This document shows, piece by piece, positions 28,151 through 38,524 of a stretch of DNA of 64,000 nt. The position numbers and the translations under genes are program-made. The notes beneath the pieces were generated by a model. It had not been told where the DNA came from. It made no database searches and worked only from the letters and a program-made list of their open reading frames with translations. The stretch's first letter is position 1; every line of letters starts with the position of its first letter. Source of the DNA: a bacterium (GTDB lineage Bacteria; Hydrothermota; Tepidihabitantia; SM23-42; JAOAFX01); contig JBNAVN010000003.1 in the NCBI GenBank assembly GCA_049700315.1, positions 8,724 to 72,723 of the forward strand, in the 5' to 3' direction.

Positions 28151-29152
28151 ATGGAAAAAAAATTAGAAGAAATTAAGGCAACGATTGAAAACGAACTGCA
28201 TAATATTAAGGATACAAAGACCCTTGAAGCATTCAGGATCAGGTATCTGGGTAGAAAAGGTATGTTAAATGAATTGATCAAAGAACTTGTGAATCTGCCC
28301 GTTGAGGAAAGAAGAAAAATAGGCAGCGAGATAAATGTCCTGAAGTCAAGATTGAATGAAATCCTGAGTACACGACAAACAGAATTTGCCCAAACCACAG
28401 TCCCGAGAATTGATCCCTTATTACCCGGTAGAATGGGTTATGTTGGACATCGTCACCCCATTTCATTAATCCTTGATGAAATAGAATCATTTTTCGAAAA
28501 CCTTGGCTTTGTTGTTGCCTCAGGTCCAGAGATTGAATATGACTGGTACAACTTTGAAGCATTGAACATACCCAAAGACCATCCAGCACGAGACAATTTT
28601 TCAAGTCTTTATATCTCAGATGAACTTTTGTTGAGAAGCCATACCTCACCGGTCCAGATAAGGGTAATGGAAAAGACAAAACCACCGATCAAAATCATCT
28701 GTCCGGGAAGATGCTACAGATTTGATCCATTTGATCCAAGTCATTCACCGGTATTCCATCAAGTTGAGGTTTTGTATGTTGATAAAGGTGTATCCTTTGG
28801 CGAATTGAAATGGCTACTCGGTGAGTTCGTGAGACATATTTTTGGTCCCAAAACGAAATACGAACTCAGACCGAGTTTCTTTCCATTCACCGAACCTTCT
28901 GGTGAACTCGCGATAAGTTGTTCAGTTTGTCAGGGTGAAGGCTGTCCGGTTTGTGGTAATACCGGTTGGCTGGAAATGTTAGGATGTGGAATGGTCCATC
29001 CCCAGGTCTTAAAGAATGTGAAGATTTCACCAAAGGAATATTCTGGTTATGCCCTGGGTATGGGCATTGAACGAGTCGCCATTATTAAATATCTGATAGA
29101 TGATATACGGGTTTTTTATAATAATGATATGAGATTCTTGGAACAGTTTTAA
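28151..29152 (+). CDS. pheS: Phenylalanine--tRNA ligase alpha subunit
   Basis: Class II motifs (FRxE-like CYRFD, GLGIERVAII). ATG at 28151 (MEKKLEEIKA) chosen over the tracked 5-prime extension that overlaps rplT. Confidence 0.9.
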   Translation: MEKKLEEIKATIENELHNIKDTKTLEAFRIRYLGRKGMLNELIKELVNLPVEERRKIGSEINVLKSRLNEILSTRQTEFAQTTVPRIDPLLPGRMGYVGHRHPISLILDEIESFFENLGFVVASGPEIEYDWYNFEALNIPKDHPARDNFSSLYISDELLLRSHTSPVQIRVMEKTKPPIKIICPGRCYRFDPFDPSHSPVFHQVEVLYVDKGVSFGELKWLLGEFVRHIFGPKTKYELRPSFFPFTEPSGELAISCSVCQGEGCPVCGNTGWLEMLGCGMVHPQVLKNVKISPKEYSGYALGMGIERVAIIKYLIDDIRVFYNNDMRFLEQF

Positions 29153-29199
29153 GAATATGATGGCAAAGGTAGAAAACGAAAGTGTAAATAGGAGAAGGA

Positions 29200-31521
29200 A
29201 TGTTAGTTTCTGTTAAGTGGCTTGAGGAATTGCTCAATTCAAAACTTGATGTGAAAGCACTGGAGAATGCCGCGAACAATCTTGGAATGGAGATTGTCCA
29301 GCAGTACAATTATTGTCCCGGAGATATTATCATTGGTAAAATTCTTAAAATCACACCCCACCCTACTTTAAAGAATTTACAAATACTGGATATCAAAACT
29401 CATGCACACCATCAGATTGTTACATCTGCAACCAACATCAAGTTGAATGATCTTGTGTTTGTAGTACCCGCAGGAAAGAAATTTAAAGACCAGACTGTTG
29501 GAGAAAGAAACTTTGATGGTATTAAATCAAATGGCATGCTTGTGAGCGACGAAGAAATGGGCATTGCAGAAAAATCAACGGGTGTCATTGTCCTGGATAA
29601 GGGAATGGAAGGAAAAGATTTTGTGGATGTGTATGACAATATCGTTCTGGATGTAAAAGTCAGTGCGAATCGTCCAGACCTTTTGTCGGTAACCGGACTG
29701 GCACGGGAATTCAGTTTAGGACTGGGGATAAAATTTGTCTGTAAAGAAAAAATCCCTGACCAGATAAATCACATTGACAAATCCTGGGTAAATATCAAAG
29801 ACCTGGACGGTTGTCCAAGATATACGGCAAGAATATTTGAAGATGTAAGAATTGCGGAGTCTCCATTTTCTATAAAATGGCGCCTTTCCTGTATGGGAAT
29901 GAAAGGTATAAACAATGTGGTTGACATCACAAACATCAATATGTTACTCTTTGGTCAACCTTTGCATCCATTTGACCTTGATTTATTGAAAGAGCCCATA
30001 GTAATCAGACGGGCGCAGAAAAATGAACAGTTTGTAACCCTTGAAGGAACCGTCTTCAAGTTAGATGAAAACGATCTTGTAATTGCTGATAAAAACGGAC
30101 CGGTTGCCCTTGCAGGCATAATCGGTGCCCGGTGTTCCCAGATCACGCACTCAACCCGACGCATATTGTTAGAAAGTGCTTTTTTCAATCCCCAGCGCGT
30201 TGCCCACACAAGAAGACGTCTGGGTATTCAGACCGAGGCATCTATGAGGTTTGAACGCGGTGCAGATTTATCAATGGTTGATGAAGTATCAAGAATAACC
30301 AGTGAAGATTTTAAAACCTGTGCAGGTGCAAAGGAATCAAGATTCATTGGTACCGGGAAAAAAGCAAAACCAAGGATAATACCATTCTCCCGAAATCATT
30401 TGAATACCATACTTTCTCTAAAATTAAGCAGTGATGAAATAAAGAACATATTGAATAAGTCAGAAATCAAAATCACCGGTAAAAATCAACTCAAGGCGAA
30501 AATCCCTCATTATCGTTATGACCTCCAGATTGCCGAAGACCTATATGAAGAGGTAGCACGGATATATGGTTATATGAATATTCCTGATGTCCTGCCTGGA
30601 CGCTGGGCTGTTACTAAAATCTATGATAAGAGCAGAACCTTCGTTAAATTCCTGAAATCATATATGATTGGACTTGGTTTCAGTGAAACCTATAATCTCT
30701 CACTTGTGTCCAGTCAAAGGTTGAGCGAACTTGGATACAGTGAGTTTGTCAAATTAAAGAATCCGTTGAATGAACGTTTTGATGCATTAAGACCCACTCT
30801 GTTTTTAGGATTACTTGATGCAGTCCAATACAATCTCTCAAAGGGAAATTACTCACTAAAACTCTTTGAGGTTGGAAACATACTCCTGGGTGGTGAACCA
30901 TTCCAGGAAAAAAGGCTTGGTGTCATTATGGGTGGTGAACGTTACCCGAATTTCTGGGAAAAGAACGATCAAATTCTAAACTATTATGATGCCAAAGGTG
31001 CAGTAGAGATGATCTTTGAAGCATTGAGAATAAGGGAAATTCGCTTTGTTCACCATAGACAATCAGGATTCAGTCAGGTAACAAGAATCCTGTTTTCTGA
31101 CAAAGACCTCGGATACCTGGGCATCATTGCCCCGGAATTCTGTGAGCGTGAATTCTTCTTTTTTGAATTATCAATTGACCGGATACTTTCGCTTGTTAAT
31201 GAACCATTTTATAATCCGCCACCAAAATTTCCTGCGAATATTCGTGACCTTGCCTTCTTGTTTGATGAGACCACTGAAGTGCCTCAGGTAAAAGATCTTA
31301 TCGCACGCGTTGCTGGTCCAATCCTTGACAAAATTATACTCTTTGATTATTATAAAGGTAAGAATCTGCCCTCAAACAAAAAGAATTTGGGGTTCAGACT
31401 ATTTTTCAAGGCGCCGGACCGGACCTTAACCGATGAAGAAGTTGATCGGTTTGTTAAAAAAATAGTTGATGAGGTCTCAGGTAATTTTGGGGCTATTTTG
31501 AGAACAAAGGAGACAAATTGA
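29200..31521 (+). CDS. pheT: Phenylalanine--tRNA ligase beta subunit
   Basis: N-terminal tRNA-binding (MLVSVKWLEE), B3/B4, B5 and C-terminal FDX-ACB-like domains. 773 aa. Confidence 0.9.
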   Translation: MLVSVKWLEELLNSKLDVKALENAANNLGMEIVQQYNYCPGDIIIGKILKITPHPTLKNLQILDIKTHAHHQIVTSATNIKLNDLVFVVPAGKKFKDQTVGERNFDGIKSNGMLVSDEEMGIAEKSTGVIVLDKGMEGKDFVDVYDNIVLDVKVSANRPDLLSVTGLAREFSLGLGIKFVCKEKIPDQINHIDKSWVNIKDLDGCPRYTARIFEDVRIAESPFSIKWRLSCMGMKGINNVVDITNINMLLFGQPLHPFDLDLLKEPIVIRRAQKNEQFVTLEGTVFKLDENDLVIADKNGPVALAGIIGARCSQITHSTRRILLESAFFNPQRVAHTRRRLGIQTEASMRFERGADLSMVDEVSRITSEDFKTCAGAKESRFIGTGKKAKPRIIPFSRNHLNTILSLKLSSDEIKNILNKSEIKITGKNQLKAKIPHYRYDLQIAEDLYEEVARIYGYMNIPDVLPGRWAVTKIYDKSRTFVKFLKSYMIGLGFSETYNLSLVSSQRLSELGYSEFVKLKNPLNERFDALRPTLFLGLLDAVQYNLSKGNYSLKLFEVGNILLGGEPFQEKRLGVIMGGERYPNFWEKNDQILNYYDAKGAVEMIFEALRIREIRFVHHRQSGFSQVTRILFSDKDLGYLGIIAPEFCEREFFFFELSIDRILSLVNEPFYNPPPKFPANIRDLAFLFDETTEVPQVKDLIARVAGPILDKIILFDYYKGKNLPSNKKNLGFRLFFKAPDRTLTDEEVDRFVKKIVDEVSGNFGAILRTKETN

Positions 31522-31693
31522 ACGGAATAGCAAAACTTGAAGAAAAAGTTGATAGGTTAATAAATTTGATAAATGAATTGAAACAAAAGATCAGTGAACT
31601 TGAAGAAGAAAATAGACAATTGAAAGAGAAAGAAGAAGAAGTAAGAAAACGGGTTGACGGCCTGATTGAAAAGATTGATACAATGACATTATG
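31517..31693 (+). CDS. ZapB-like coiled-coil cell-division protein (58 aa, below the ORF-track cutoff)
   Basis: TTG start overlapping pheT stop. Heptad-repeat sequence LEEKVDRLINLINELKQKISELEEENRQLKEKEEE. Sits immediately upstream of zapA. Confidence 0.45.
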
Positions 31694-31740
31694 AGTGTAT
31701 CTTTTGAGAGTCTGATTTTGCAGAGGCATTAGGAGCAATC

Positions 31741-32037
31741 TTGAAAAAAAGTCAAGCCAACGAAGTTGTGGTCAATATCTTCGGAAATGACTATCGGATA
31801 ACCTCCGAAGATATGGACGAGGAACGAATTAAGAAAATAGCCGAAATTGTGGATAAGAAGATGCGGGATATTCACCGTGAATTTCCCCTGCCATCAACCA
31901 CCAAGATTGCCGTGCTCGCCTGTTTGAATTTGGTTGATGAGTATCTGCAGAAAGAAGAGCATCTTAGCAAGAAAAATTTGGAATTGGAACAAAGAATTAA
32001 TACGTTGATCCTCAAGATTGATGAGGTAATTACTTAA
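31741..32037 (+). CDS. zapA: Cell division protein ZapA
   Basis: VNIFGNDYRI N-terminal motif and C-terminal coiled coil. 98 aa. pheT-zapA linkage is common. Confidence 0.65.
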   Translation: MKKSQANEVVVNIFGNDYRITSEDMDEERIKKIAEIVDKKMRDIHREFPLPSTTKIAVLACLNLVDEYLQKEEHLSKKNLELEQRINTLILKIDEVIT

Positions 32038-32204
32038 TTCGTTCCCTGCGATGCTCGTGATGGGCATTAAGTCTTGAGCCAACACCCATCGTTTGGGAGC
32101 CAAGTTCGGCTACAGGTTTTCCTGTAGTTGACAGGCGCCCACTTTAACCCTGGGTTCAAAGACTTTTTCCCACACGGCATACGCGGGGAACTTTCTAAGA
32201 TTTT

Positions 32205-32232
32205 CCTGGGGCTGATAATTATCAGCCCCAGG
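32205..32232 (+). promoter_or_regulatory. Perfect 28-nt palindrome/hairpin (14-bp stem) immediately 5-prime of the rny Shine-Dalgarno
   Basis: CCTGGGGCTGATAATTATCAGCCCCAGG read directly. Followed by tccAAGGAGGtttatATG. Confidence 0.5.
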
Positions 32233-32247
32233 TCCAAGGAGGTTTAT

Positions 32248-33801
32248 ATGACAGTGCTAATAATCGCCATAATTATTCTGGCTTTAGAAGCAATTCTTGT
32301 TGCTTATTTCTATCTCAGGTATAACCGGGCAAAAATAATCAGTGCCCAGGATGAAGCAAGAAAAATAATTGAGGATGCAAAAAAAGAGGCAGAGAATTAT
32401 CGTAAGTCGGCTGAAATTGCTGCAAAAGAACACTGGTATCAGGAAAAGTTAAATTTTGAAAAAGAAACCCTGAACCGCCGAAGGGAGATTGAAAAAGCGG
32501 AAAGACGTTTACTGGAAAAAGAAAACAGTTTTGAAAGGCGTGAAAGGCTTATCATTGATAAAGAAAAAGAACTGATAAACAAAGAACATAACCTGCAGAA
32601 TAGAGAAAAAATCATCCAGGTAAAATCAGAAAGACTTGACCAGTTGATCAAAGAGGAAACCGAAGCACTACAAAAAATTGCCAATCTTTCAAGGGAAGAA
32701 GCCAAAACCGCCTTGATGAAAAACCTGGAGGATGAGGCAAGACACGAGGCATCTGCCCTGTTGAATCGCATAAAAGAAGAGGCACGACAAAAGGCGGATG
32801 AGACTGCGCGTGAGATCATTATCCAGGCAATCCAGCGGTGCGCGACAGGTCATACTACAGAATCAACAATCTCGGTTGTATCAATCCCTTCAGAAGAAAT
32901 GAAAGGAAGGATCATCGGCAGAGAAGGTAGAAACATTCGGGCATTTGAAAATTTAACCGGCGTTGAGGTAATCATAGATGATACACCAGAAACCATTTCC
33001 TTATCCTGCTTTGACCCGGTACGAAGAGAGATTGCCCGCCTGGCAATGTCAAAATTGATTTCCGACGGCAGAATTCATCCGGCACGCATCGAAGAAGTTG
33101 TGAAGAATGCGCAAAAAGAAATTGAAACGACAATAAAAAATACTGGTGAAGAAATCTGTCTGGAATTGGGAATAATTGGTCTGGCACCGGAGATTGTAAG
33201 ACATTTAGGCAAAATGCGGTTTCGCACAAGTTATGGTCAGAATTTATTGCAACACTCAAAAGAAGTTGCCTTCCTTTCTGCCCTCATTGCCCAGGAGTTG
33301 GGCTTGGACCCGGTCATTGCAAAGCGAGCAGGATTATTGCATGACCTGGGAAAGGTTGCTGATGTCACAATGGAAGGTTCTCATGCCGAGATCGGGGCAG
33401 AACTTGCGGCCAAGTTTAATGAAAGTGACACCATAGTCAATGCCCTTGCTGCCCACCATGAGGAAAGTATGCCAAACACTCCTTATGCGTTCATTGTGGA
33501 GATTGCGGATTCAATTTCAGGCGCAAGGCCCGGTGCAAGACGAGAAACCATTGAGGCATATATTAAGAGATTAAAGGCACTTGAAGAAGTCGTTTCATCT
33601 TTCAATGGTGTGGATAGGGTCTATGCGATTCAGGCAGGTCGTGAAGTGCGCGTAATGGTCAACCCCGGAGCGGTTTCAGATACTGAAGTGACAAATATGG
33701 CAAATGACATCGCCCGCAGGATTGAAAAAGAAATTCAATATCCTGGCCAGATAAAGGTGACCGTGGTGCGCGAGACCAGGGCAATAGAAATAGCGAAGTA
33801 A
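32248..33801 (+). CDS. rny: Ribonuclease Y
   Basis: N-terminal TM helix, long coiled coil, KH domain (GRIIGREGRNIRAFE), HD domain (HSKEVAFLSALIA...LHDLGK). 517 aa. Confidence 0.85.
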   Translation: MTVLIIAIIILALEAILVAYFYLRYNRAKIISAQDEARKIIEDAKKEAENYRKSAEIAAKEHWYQEKLNFEKETLNRRREIEKAERRLLEKENSFERRERLIIDKEKELINKEHNLQNREKIIQVKSERLDQLIKEETEALQKIANLSREEAKTALMKNLEDEARHEASALLNRIKEEARQKADETAREIIIQAIQRCATGHTTESTISVVSIPSEEMKGRIIGREGRNIRAFENLTGVEVIIDDTPETISLSCFDPVRREIARLAMSKLISDGRIHPARIEEVVKNAQKEIETTIKNTGEEICLELGIIGLAPEIVRHLGKMRFRTSYGQNLLQHSKEVAFLSALIAQELGLDPVIAKRAGLLHDLGKVADVTMEGSHAEIGAELAAKFNESDTIVNALAAHHEESMPNTPYAFIVEIADSISGARPGARRETIEAYIKRLKALEEVVSSFNGVDRVYAIQAGREVRVMVNPGAVSDTEVTNMANDIARRIEKEIQYPGQIKVTVVRETRAIEIAK

Positions 33802-33816
33802 GAAGAACATTGGCTT

Positions 33817-33842
33817 GACTTTTGATTTTTTTTTATTATAAT
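33817..33842 (+). promoter_or_regulatory. Sigma70-type promoter TTGACT-N16/17-TATAAT, 5 nt upstream of the tdh ATG
   Basis: ggcTTGACTtttgatttttttttatTATAATtgcccATG, read directly. Confidence 0.4.
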
Positions 33843-33847
33843 TGCCC

Positions 33848-34885
33848 ATGGCAATGATGAAAGCAGTAGTTAAAACAAAATCTGAACCCGGCGCAGAATT
33901 AATTGATGTACCAATCCCGACACCAGGGCCTGACCAGGTTCTGGTAAAAGTTTTAGCAACTTCAATCTGTGGAACTGATCTCCATATCTTCCAATGGAAT
34001 GAATGGGCACAAAAAAGAATAAAAAGAGTTCCTCAGATTATGGGGCATGAATTATGCGGACAGGTTGTTGAAGTTGGCGCCAATGTCCCGCATATTAAAA
34101 AAGACAGCATTATCTCTGCGGAAACCCATATTGCCTGTGGATATTGTTTTCTCTGTCGGAATGGACTTGGACATATCTGCGAGAATGTAAAGATATTTGG
34201 TGTTGATGTTGATGGGGTATTTGCTGAATATGCAGTTATTCCAGCAACCAATGCCTGGGTCATTGAGGATAAAATACCCAATGATTATGTTTCGGTGATG
34301 GAACCACTGGGCAATGCAATCCACACTGTTCTCGCCGGTGATATTGCTGGCAACACGGTGTTGGTCACTGGTTGCGGCCCGATAGGACTTATGTCTATTG
34401 CGGTCTGCAAAATCTGCGGTGCAACCAAAATAATCGCCACAGAAATAAATGAATTCAGATTGCAAATGGCAAAAAAGATAGGAGCAGACATTGTTTTGAA
34501 CCCAAAGAAAAACAAAATCATTGATTCAATAATGCAAAATACCAATGGTAAAGGCGTAGATGTAGTACTTGAAATGTCGGGCAATCAAACCGCAATTACT
34601 GAAGGATTGAAAAGTCTAAGACCTGGTGGCAGGTATTCTATCTTGGGAATTCCAGACCGACCCCTCAAAATAGACCTTGCAGAAATTGTTTTCAAGTACT
34701 TTACAATTCAGGGAATAAATGGCCGGCTAATGTTTTCAACCTGGTATAAGAGCACAAGATTCCTCGCATCTGGCAGACTTGACCTTGATCCTGTCATCAC
34801 CCATCGGTTGCGCCTGGAAGAATTTCAGAAGGGAATGGAATTGATGGAAAGCGGTAATTGTGGTAAAATTCTTTTATATCCATAA
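33848..34885 (+). CDS. tdh: L-threonine 3-dehydrogenase (zinc-dependent MDR family)
   Basis: Near-collinear similarity to classical TDH: ICGTDLHI, GHELCGQVVEVG, CxxCxxC structural zinc (CGYCFLCRNGLGHIC), TGCGPIGL NAD motif. Confidence 0.85.
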   Translation: MAMMKAVVKTKSEPGAELIDVPIPTPGPDQVLVKVLATSICGTDLHIFQWNEWAQKRIKRVPQIMGHELCGQVVEVGANVPHIKKDSIISAETHIACGYCFLCRNGLGHICENVKIFGVDVDGVFAEYAVIPATNAWVIEDKIPNDYVSVMEPLGNAIHTVLAGDIAGNTVLVTGCGPIGLMSIAVCKICGATKIIATEINEFRLQMAKKIGADIVLNPKKNKIIDSIMQNTNGKGVDVVLEMSGNQTAITEGLKSLRPGGRYSILGIPDRPLKIDLAEIVFKYFTIQGINGRLMFSTWYKSTRFLASGRLDLDPVITHRLRLEEFQKGMELMESGNCGKILLYP

Positions 34886-34891
34886 TCACTG

Positions 34892-35242
34892 ATGATAAAG
34901 GGCATCGGCATTGACCTGATTGAAATCAGCCGATTTTCAAAAGTTTCTGATGATTTTCTAAAACAGGTATTCAATTCCCAGGAAATAGAAAATACAAGAA
35001 ACAACCCCCTGTTATCAAGTATCAAATTCTGTTTGAAAGAATCAGTTTTGAAGGCGCTTGGTAAGGGATTGTATTTTGGTTTTTTATGGCATAAGATAAA
35101 ATTAGAAAATGATGAAGTAAATATTTCAGAATCGCTCAGGCAAAGATTGAGTGAAAAAAATATTATACATACCTGTGCAGGCAATTCAAAGAAGTATGCC
35201 TGTGCAATTGCAATAATTGAAGATAAGCAGGAGGTTTTTTGA
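34892..35242 (+). CDS. acpS: Holo-[acyl-carrier-protein] synthase (4-phosphopantetheinyl transferase, AcpS type)
   Basis: GIGIDLIEISRF and KESVLKALGKGL motifs of AcpS-type PPTases. 116 aa. Confidence 0.7.
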   Translation: MIKGIGIDLIEISRFSKVSDDFLKQVFNSQEIENTRNNPLLSSIKFCLKESVLKALGKGLYFGFLWHKIKLENDEVNISESLRQRLSEKNIIHTCAGNSKKYACAIAIIEDKQEVF

Positions 35243-36942
35243 TGTTTAACATTGGCTCATATGAAGAAAGGTACAAAAATTTTGATTGGAAACAGAGTGA
35301 AAAAGAATTGGATTATGGTAAAAACGGTAAATACAATATCGGATATTATTGCAGTGACCGTATCTGTGAATTGGGAATGAGCACTAAGATAGCCCTGGTA
35401 TGGCAGGGGTTCAGCGGTGAAGTGAAAAAGTATACCTATGATGACATTCGTATAAATAGCAACAAATTTGCCCATTTTTTGACTTCACTGGGAATAAAAC
35501 CTGGTGAACGCGTGTGCATCTTTATGGACCGCATCCCTGAACTATACATTTCTTTCATTGGCATTCTCAAGGCAGGATTTATAGTACAGCCGCTCTTCTC
35601 CGCATTTGGTGAAGAGGCATTATTCACGAGACTTGATGATGCAAAAACCACTGCCATAATAACGACCCGCAAACATTTATCAAAAGTGCGGAAAATCAAA
35701 TCACAACTACCTGAATTGAAATTCATCATCGTTTTACACAATGAAGGCAAGCCCCTTGAAGGGCGCGAGATTGAATTCAGTATGGATGCATACCAGCGAA
35801 TTGAAAAATTCAGTATCTACCCTGTGGATAGAGAAACACCTTCGGTACTACATTATACATCTGGTACTACAGGCAAACCAAAAGGTGCACTTCATGTTCA
35901 TTCCTCAATCATTGCCCAATATATCACTGCCAAATGGGTTCTTGATTTGAAACAGAACGACATTTACTGGTGTACAGCAGATCCCGGCTGGGTTACCGGA
36001 ACATCTTACGGCATAATTGGCCCCTGGTCAAACGGCATTACCCAGGTTGTATACGATATTGGGTTTAATACTGAAAAATGGTATGCCTTTATTGAAAAAC
36101 ACAAGGTAACCGTCTGGTATAGTGCCCCGACAGCAATCAGACTTCTGATGAAGGAAGGTGAAGAAGTTGTCAAAAAATTCAATTTAAAATCCTTACGCCA
36201 TCTGGTGAGCGTGGGTGAACCTTTAAATGCTGAGGCCGTTATCTGGTCCGAAAAGGCGTTTGGTTTACCGTTCCACGACTCATACTGGCAGACTGAAACT
36301 GGTTCCATTGTCATATCCAATTATCCGGGGATGAAGATAAAACCTGGTTCAATGGGGAAGGCATTTCCTGGTATTGTCGCAGTTGTTGTTGACCCGAAAA
36401 GATATGAACCAATAGATACCCCAGGCTCAATTGGATTGATCGCCTTAAAACCAGGCTGGCCATCAATGATGAGAACCTATTGGAACAACAAAGAAACCTA
36501 TAATAATAAATTCAAAAATGGCTGGTATATATGCGGTGACCGGGCTTACCTTGATAATGAAGGATATTTCTGGTTTATTGGTCGGGATGATGATGTAATA
36601 AATACTGCTGGTCATCTTGTTGGACCATTTGAGATTGAATCTGCCTTGCTTGAACACCCAGCAGTTGCTGAATCAGCCGCGGTAGGAAAACCTGACCAGG
36701 TCAATATGGAAGTAGTAAAGGCATTTGTAGCCCTGAAACCTGGTTACGAACCCAGTAATGACCTGGAACTTGATATAATGAATTTCATTAGAAAAAAACT
36801 ATCACCCCTGGCAATGCCCCAGGAGATTGAATTTGTTGATTCGCTCCCGAAAACCCGCAGTGGTAAGATAATGCGGCGGTTATTAAGGGCAAAAGAATGG
36901 GGTGAAGAAATTGGTGACCTCTCCACACTGGAGAATGATTAA
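35239..36942 (+). CDS. AMP-dependent synthetase/ligase (acyl-CoA/acyl-carrier-protein synthetase, ACS-like family)
   Basis: YTSGTTGKPKG AMP-binding motif, YWQTETG, GDRAY...GR.DD motifs. N-terminal region resembles acetyl/propionyl-CoA synthetases. Confidence 0.75.
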   Translation: MMFNIGSYEERYKNFDWKQSEKELDYGKNGKYNIGYYCSDRICELGMSTKIALVWQGFSGEVKKYTYDDIRINSNKFAHFLTSLGIKPGERVCIFMDRIPELYISFIGILKAGFIVQPLFSAFGEEALFTRLDDAKTTAIITTRKHLSKVRKIKSQLPELKFIIVLHNEGKPLEGREIEFSMDAYQRIEKFSIYPVDRETPSVLHYTSGTTGKPKGALHVHSSIIAQYITAKWVLDLKQNDIYWCTADPGWVTGTSYGIIGPWSNGITQVVYDIGFNTEKWYAFIEKHKVTVWYSAPTAIRLLMKEGEEVVKKFNLKSLRHLVSVGEPLNAEAVIWSEKAFGLPFHDSYWQTETGSIVISNYPGMKIKPGSMGKAFPGIVAVVVDPKRYEPIDTPGSIGLIALKPGWPSMMRTYWNNKETYNNKFKNGWYICGDRAYLDNEGYFWFIGRDDDVINTAGHLVGPFEIESALLEHPAVAESAAVGKPDQVNMEVVKAFVALKPGYEPSNDLELDIMNFIRKKLSPLAMPQEIEFVDSLPKTRSGKIMRRLLRAKEWGEEIGDLSTLEND

Positions 36943-36997
36943 CTATTCATCCTCACCTTTGTTCTCTCTTTTCGGATAGAGGATGGAAAGGAGAAAA

Positions 36998-37258
36998 ATG
37001 GCTGAAGATTTGAAAAAAATGATAATTGATTATGTGAAAAAAGAATATCTGGATGAAGATTCAGATCAGGAGATCACAGAGAATACCCCTTTGATCTCCA
37101 GTGGCATTGTTGATTCTTTTTCAATGGTTTCACTGAAGACTTTCTTAGAAAAAAAATTCAACATAAAAATTCCTGATGAAAAAGCAACAACCGATGCATT
37201 TGATAGCGTTAACAATATTATTAAATTGCTTGGCGAATTCGTAAAGCTTGATATCTGA
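36998..37258 (+). CDS. Phosphopantetheine-binding carrier protein (DltC/ACP-like)
   Basis: GIVDSFSMVSL motif with the conserved attachment Ser. 86 aa from the ATG at 36998, which follows AAGGAG. Confidence 0.6.
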   Translation: MAEDLKKMIIDYVKKEYLDEDSDQEITENTPLISSGIVDSFSMVSLKTFLEKKFNIKIPDEKATTDAFDSVNNIIKLLGEFVKLDI

Positions 37259-37276
37259 AAATGAAAAGGAGGCAGT

Positions 37277-38524
37277 ATGGCATTTGATACAAAAACCAGA
37301 GAATTGTTTGCCAGCGAATTGAAAGGAATAAGAGAAAAAGGCTTATTTAAGGAGGAAAGGTATATTACTTCCCCCCAGTCAGCATATATAAAAGTAGAAT
37401 ACCCTGCTGGTTCACCACCAAAGGAAGTTATAAATTTCTGTGCAAATAATTATCTTGGATTGTCAAGCCATCCTGAAGTTGTTAAGGCAGCACACGAAGG
37501 ACTTGAGAATAGAGGTTATGGAATGTCTTCAGTTCGGTTCATCTGTGGAACCCAGGATATCCATCGGGAGCTTGAACGAAAACTTACGGAATTTTTAGGC
37601 ACTGAAGATACGGTTCTATTCCCATCCTGTATGGATGCAAACGCGGGTGTATTTGATGTAGTACTGGATAAAGAAGATGCAATGATTGCAGATCGACTTG
37701 TTCATGCGTCGATTGTTGATGGTATGAAACTGTGCAAAGCCCAGACCTTCAATTACAAACACCTGAATATGGCACACCTGGAAGAGAAACTACAGGAAAC
37801 TCAGAATTGCAGATTCCGAATGATCATTACGGACGGTGTTTTTTCAATGGATGGTGATATTGCACCCCTTGATAAAATCTGTGAGTTGGCAGAAAAATAT
37901 AATGCAATGGTGATGGTTGATGACTCACATGCTACAGGATTTCTTGGTAAGAATGGCAAGGGAACTCATGAGCATTGTGGTGTAGTTGGCAAGATTGATA
38001 TCATTACCACAACCCTTGGCAAAGCAATGGGTGGCGCATCAGGCGGGTGTGTAAGTGGTCGTAAAGAAATTGTTGAGATGTGCCGTCAGCGTGCCCGGCC
38101 TTATCTATTTTCAAATACAATTCCCCCGGTTGTAGTTGCGGCAGCAAACAAGGTGGTTGACCTTATTGCCAGTACAACTGTACTAAGGGACAAATTAGAA
38201 GAGAATACAAAATATTTCAGGGCAAAGATCAAAGAGGCGGGGCTTGATATCAGAGAAGGTGTACATCCAATAGTCCCAATAATGCTTTATAATGCAAAAC
38301 TTGCCCAAGATATGGCACGAGATTTGTATAACGAAGGTATCTATGTCATTGGTTTCTTCTATCCAGTTGTTCCGCAAGGGCAGGCGAGAATAAGAGTTCA
38401 GATTTCGGCAGTCCATGAAAAAGAACACCTTGATAAAGCGATTGAGGCATTTAAGAAGATTGGCGAGAAATATAAAATTCTGGGAAAGAAAAAAGATGAG
38501 ATAATTGCGATGTACGGATTATAG
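37277..38524 (+). CDS. kbl: 2-amino-3-ketobutyrate CoA ligase (glycine C-acetyltransferase)
   Basis: Strong collinear similarity to classical KBL: GLFKEERYITS, VINFCANNYLGL, SSVRFICGTQD, PLP-lysine region TLGKAMGGASGG, GIYVIGFFYPVVPQGQARIRVQ. Confidence 0.85.
   Translation: MAFDTKTRELFASELKGIREKGLFKEERYITSPQSAYIKVEYPAGSPPKEVINFCANNYLGLSSHPEVVKAAHEGLENRGYGMSSVRFICGTQDIHRELERKLTEFLGTEDTVLFPSCMDANAGVFDVVLDKEDAMIADRLVHASIVDGMKLCKAQTFNYKHLNMAHLEEKLQETQNCRFRMIITDGVFSMDGDIAPLDKICELAEKYNAMVMVDDSHATGFLGKNGKGTHEHCGVVGKIDIITTTLGKAMGGASGGCVSGRKEIVEMCRQRARPYLFSNTIPPVVVAAANKVVDLIASTTVLRDKLEENTKYFRAKIKEAGLDIREGVHPIVPIMLYNAKLAQDMARDLYNEGIYVIGFFYPVVPQGQARIRVQISAVHEKEHLDKAIEAFKKIGEKYKILGKKKDEIIAMYGL

Noticed and set aside
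32205-32245. Possible SRP (4.5S) RNA because CAGGTCCAAGGAGG resembles the CAGGUCCGGAAGGAAG helix-8 motif
   Set aside because: The surrounding sequence is a perfect symmetric palindrome with an AATT centre and no asymmetric internal loops or GNRA apical loop. It sits directly on the rny SD/start, so a 5-prime UTR hairpin is the simpler reading.
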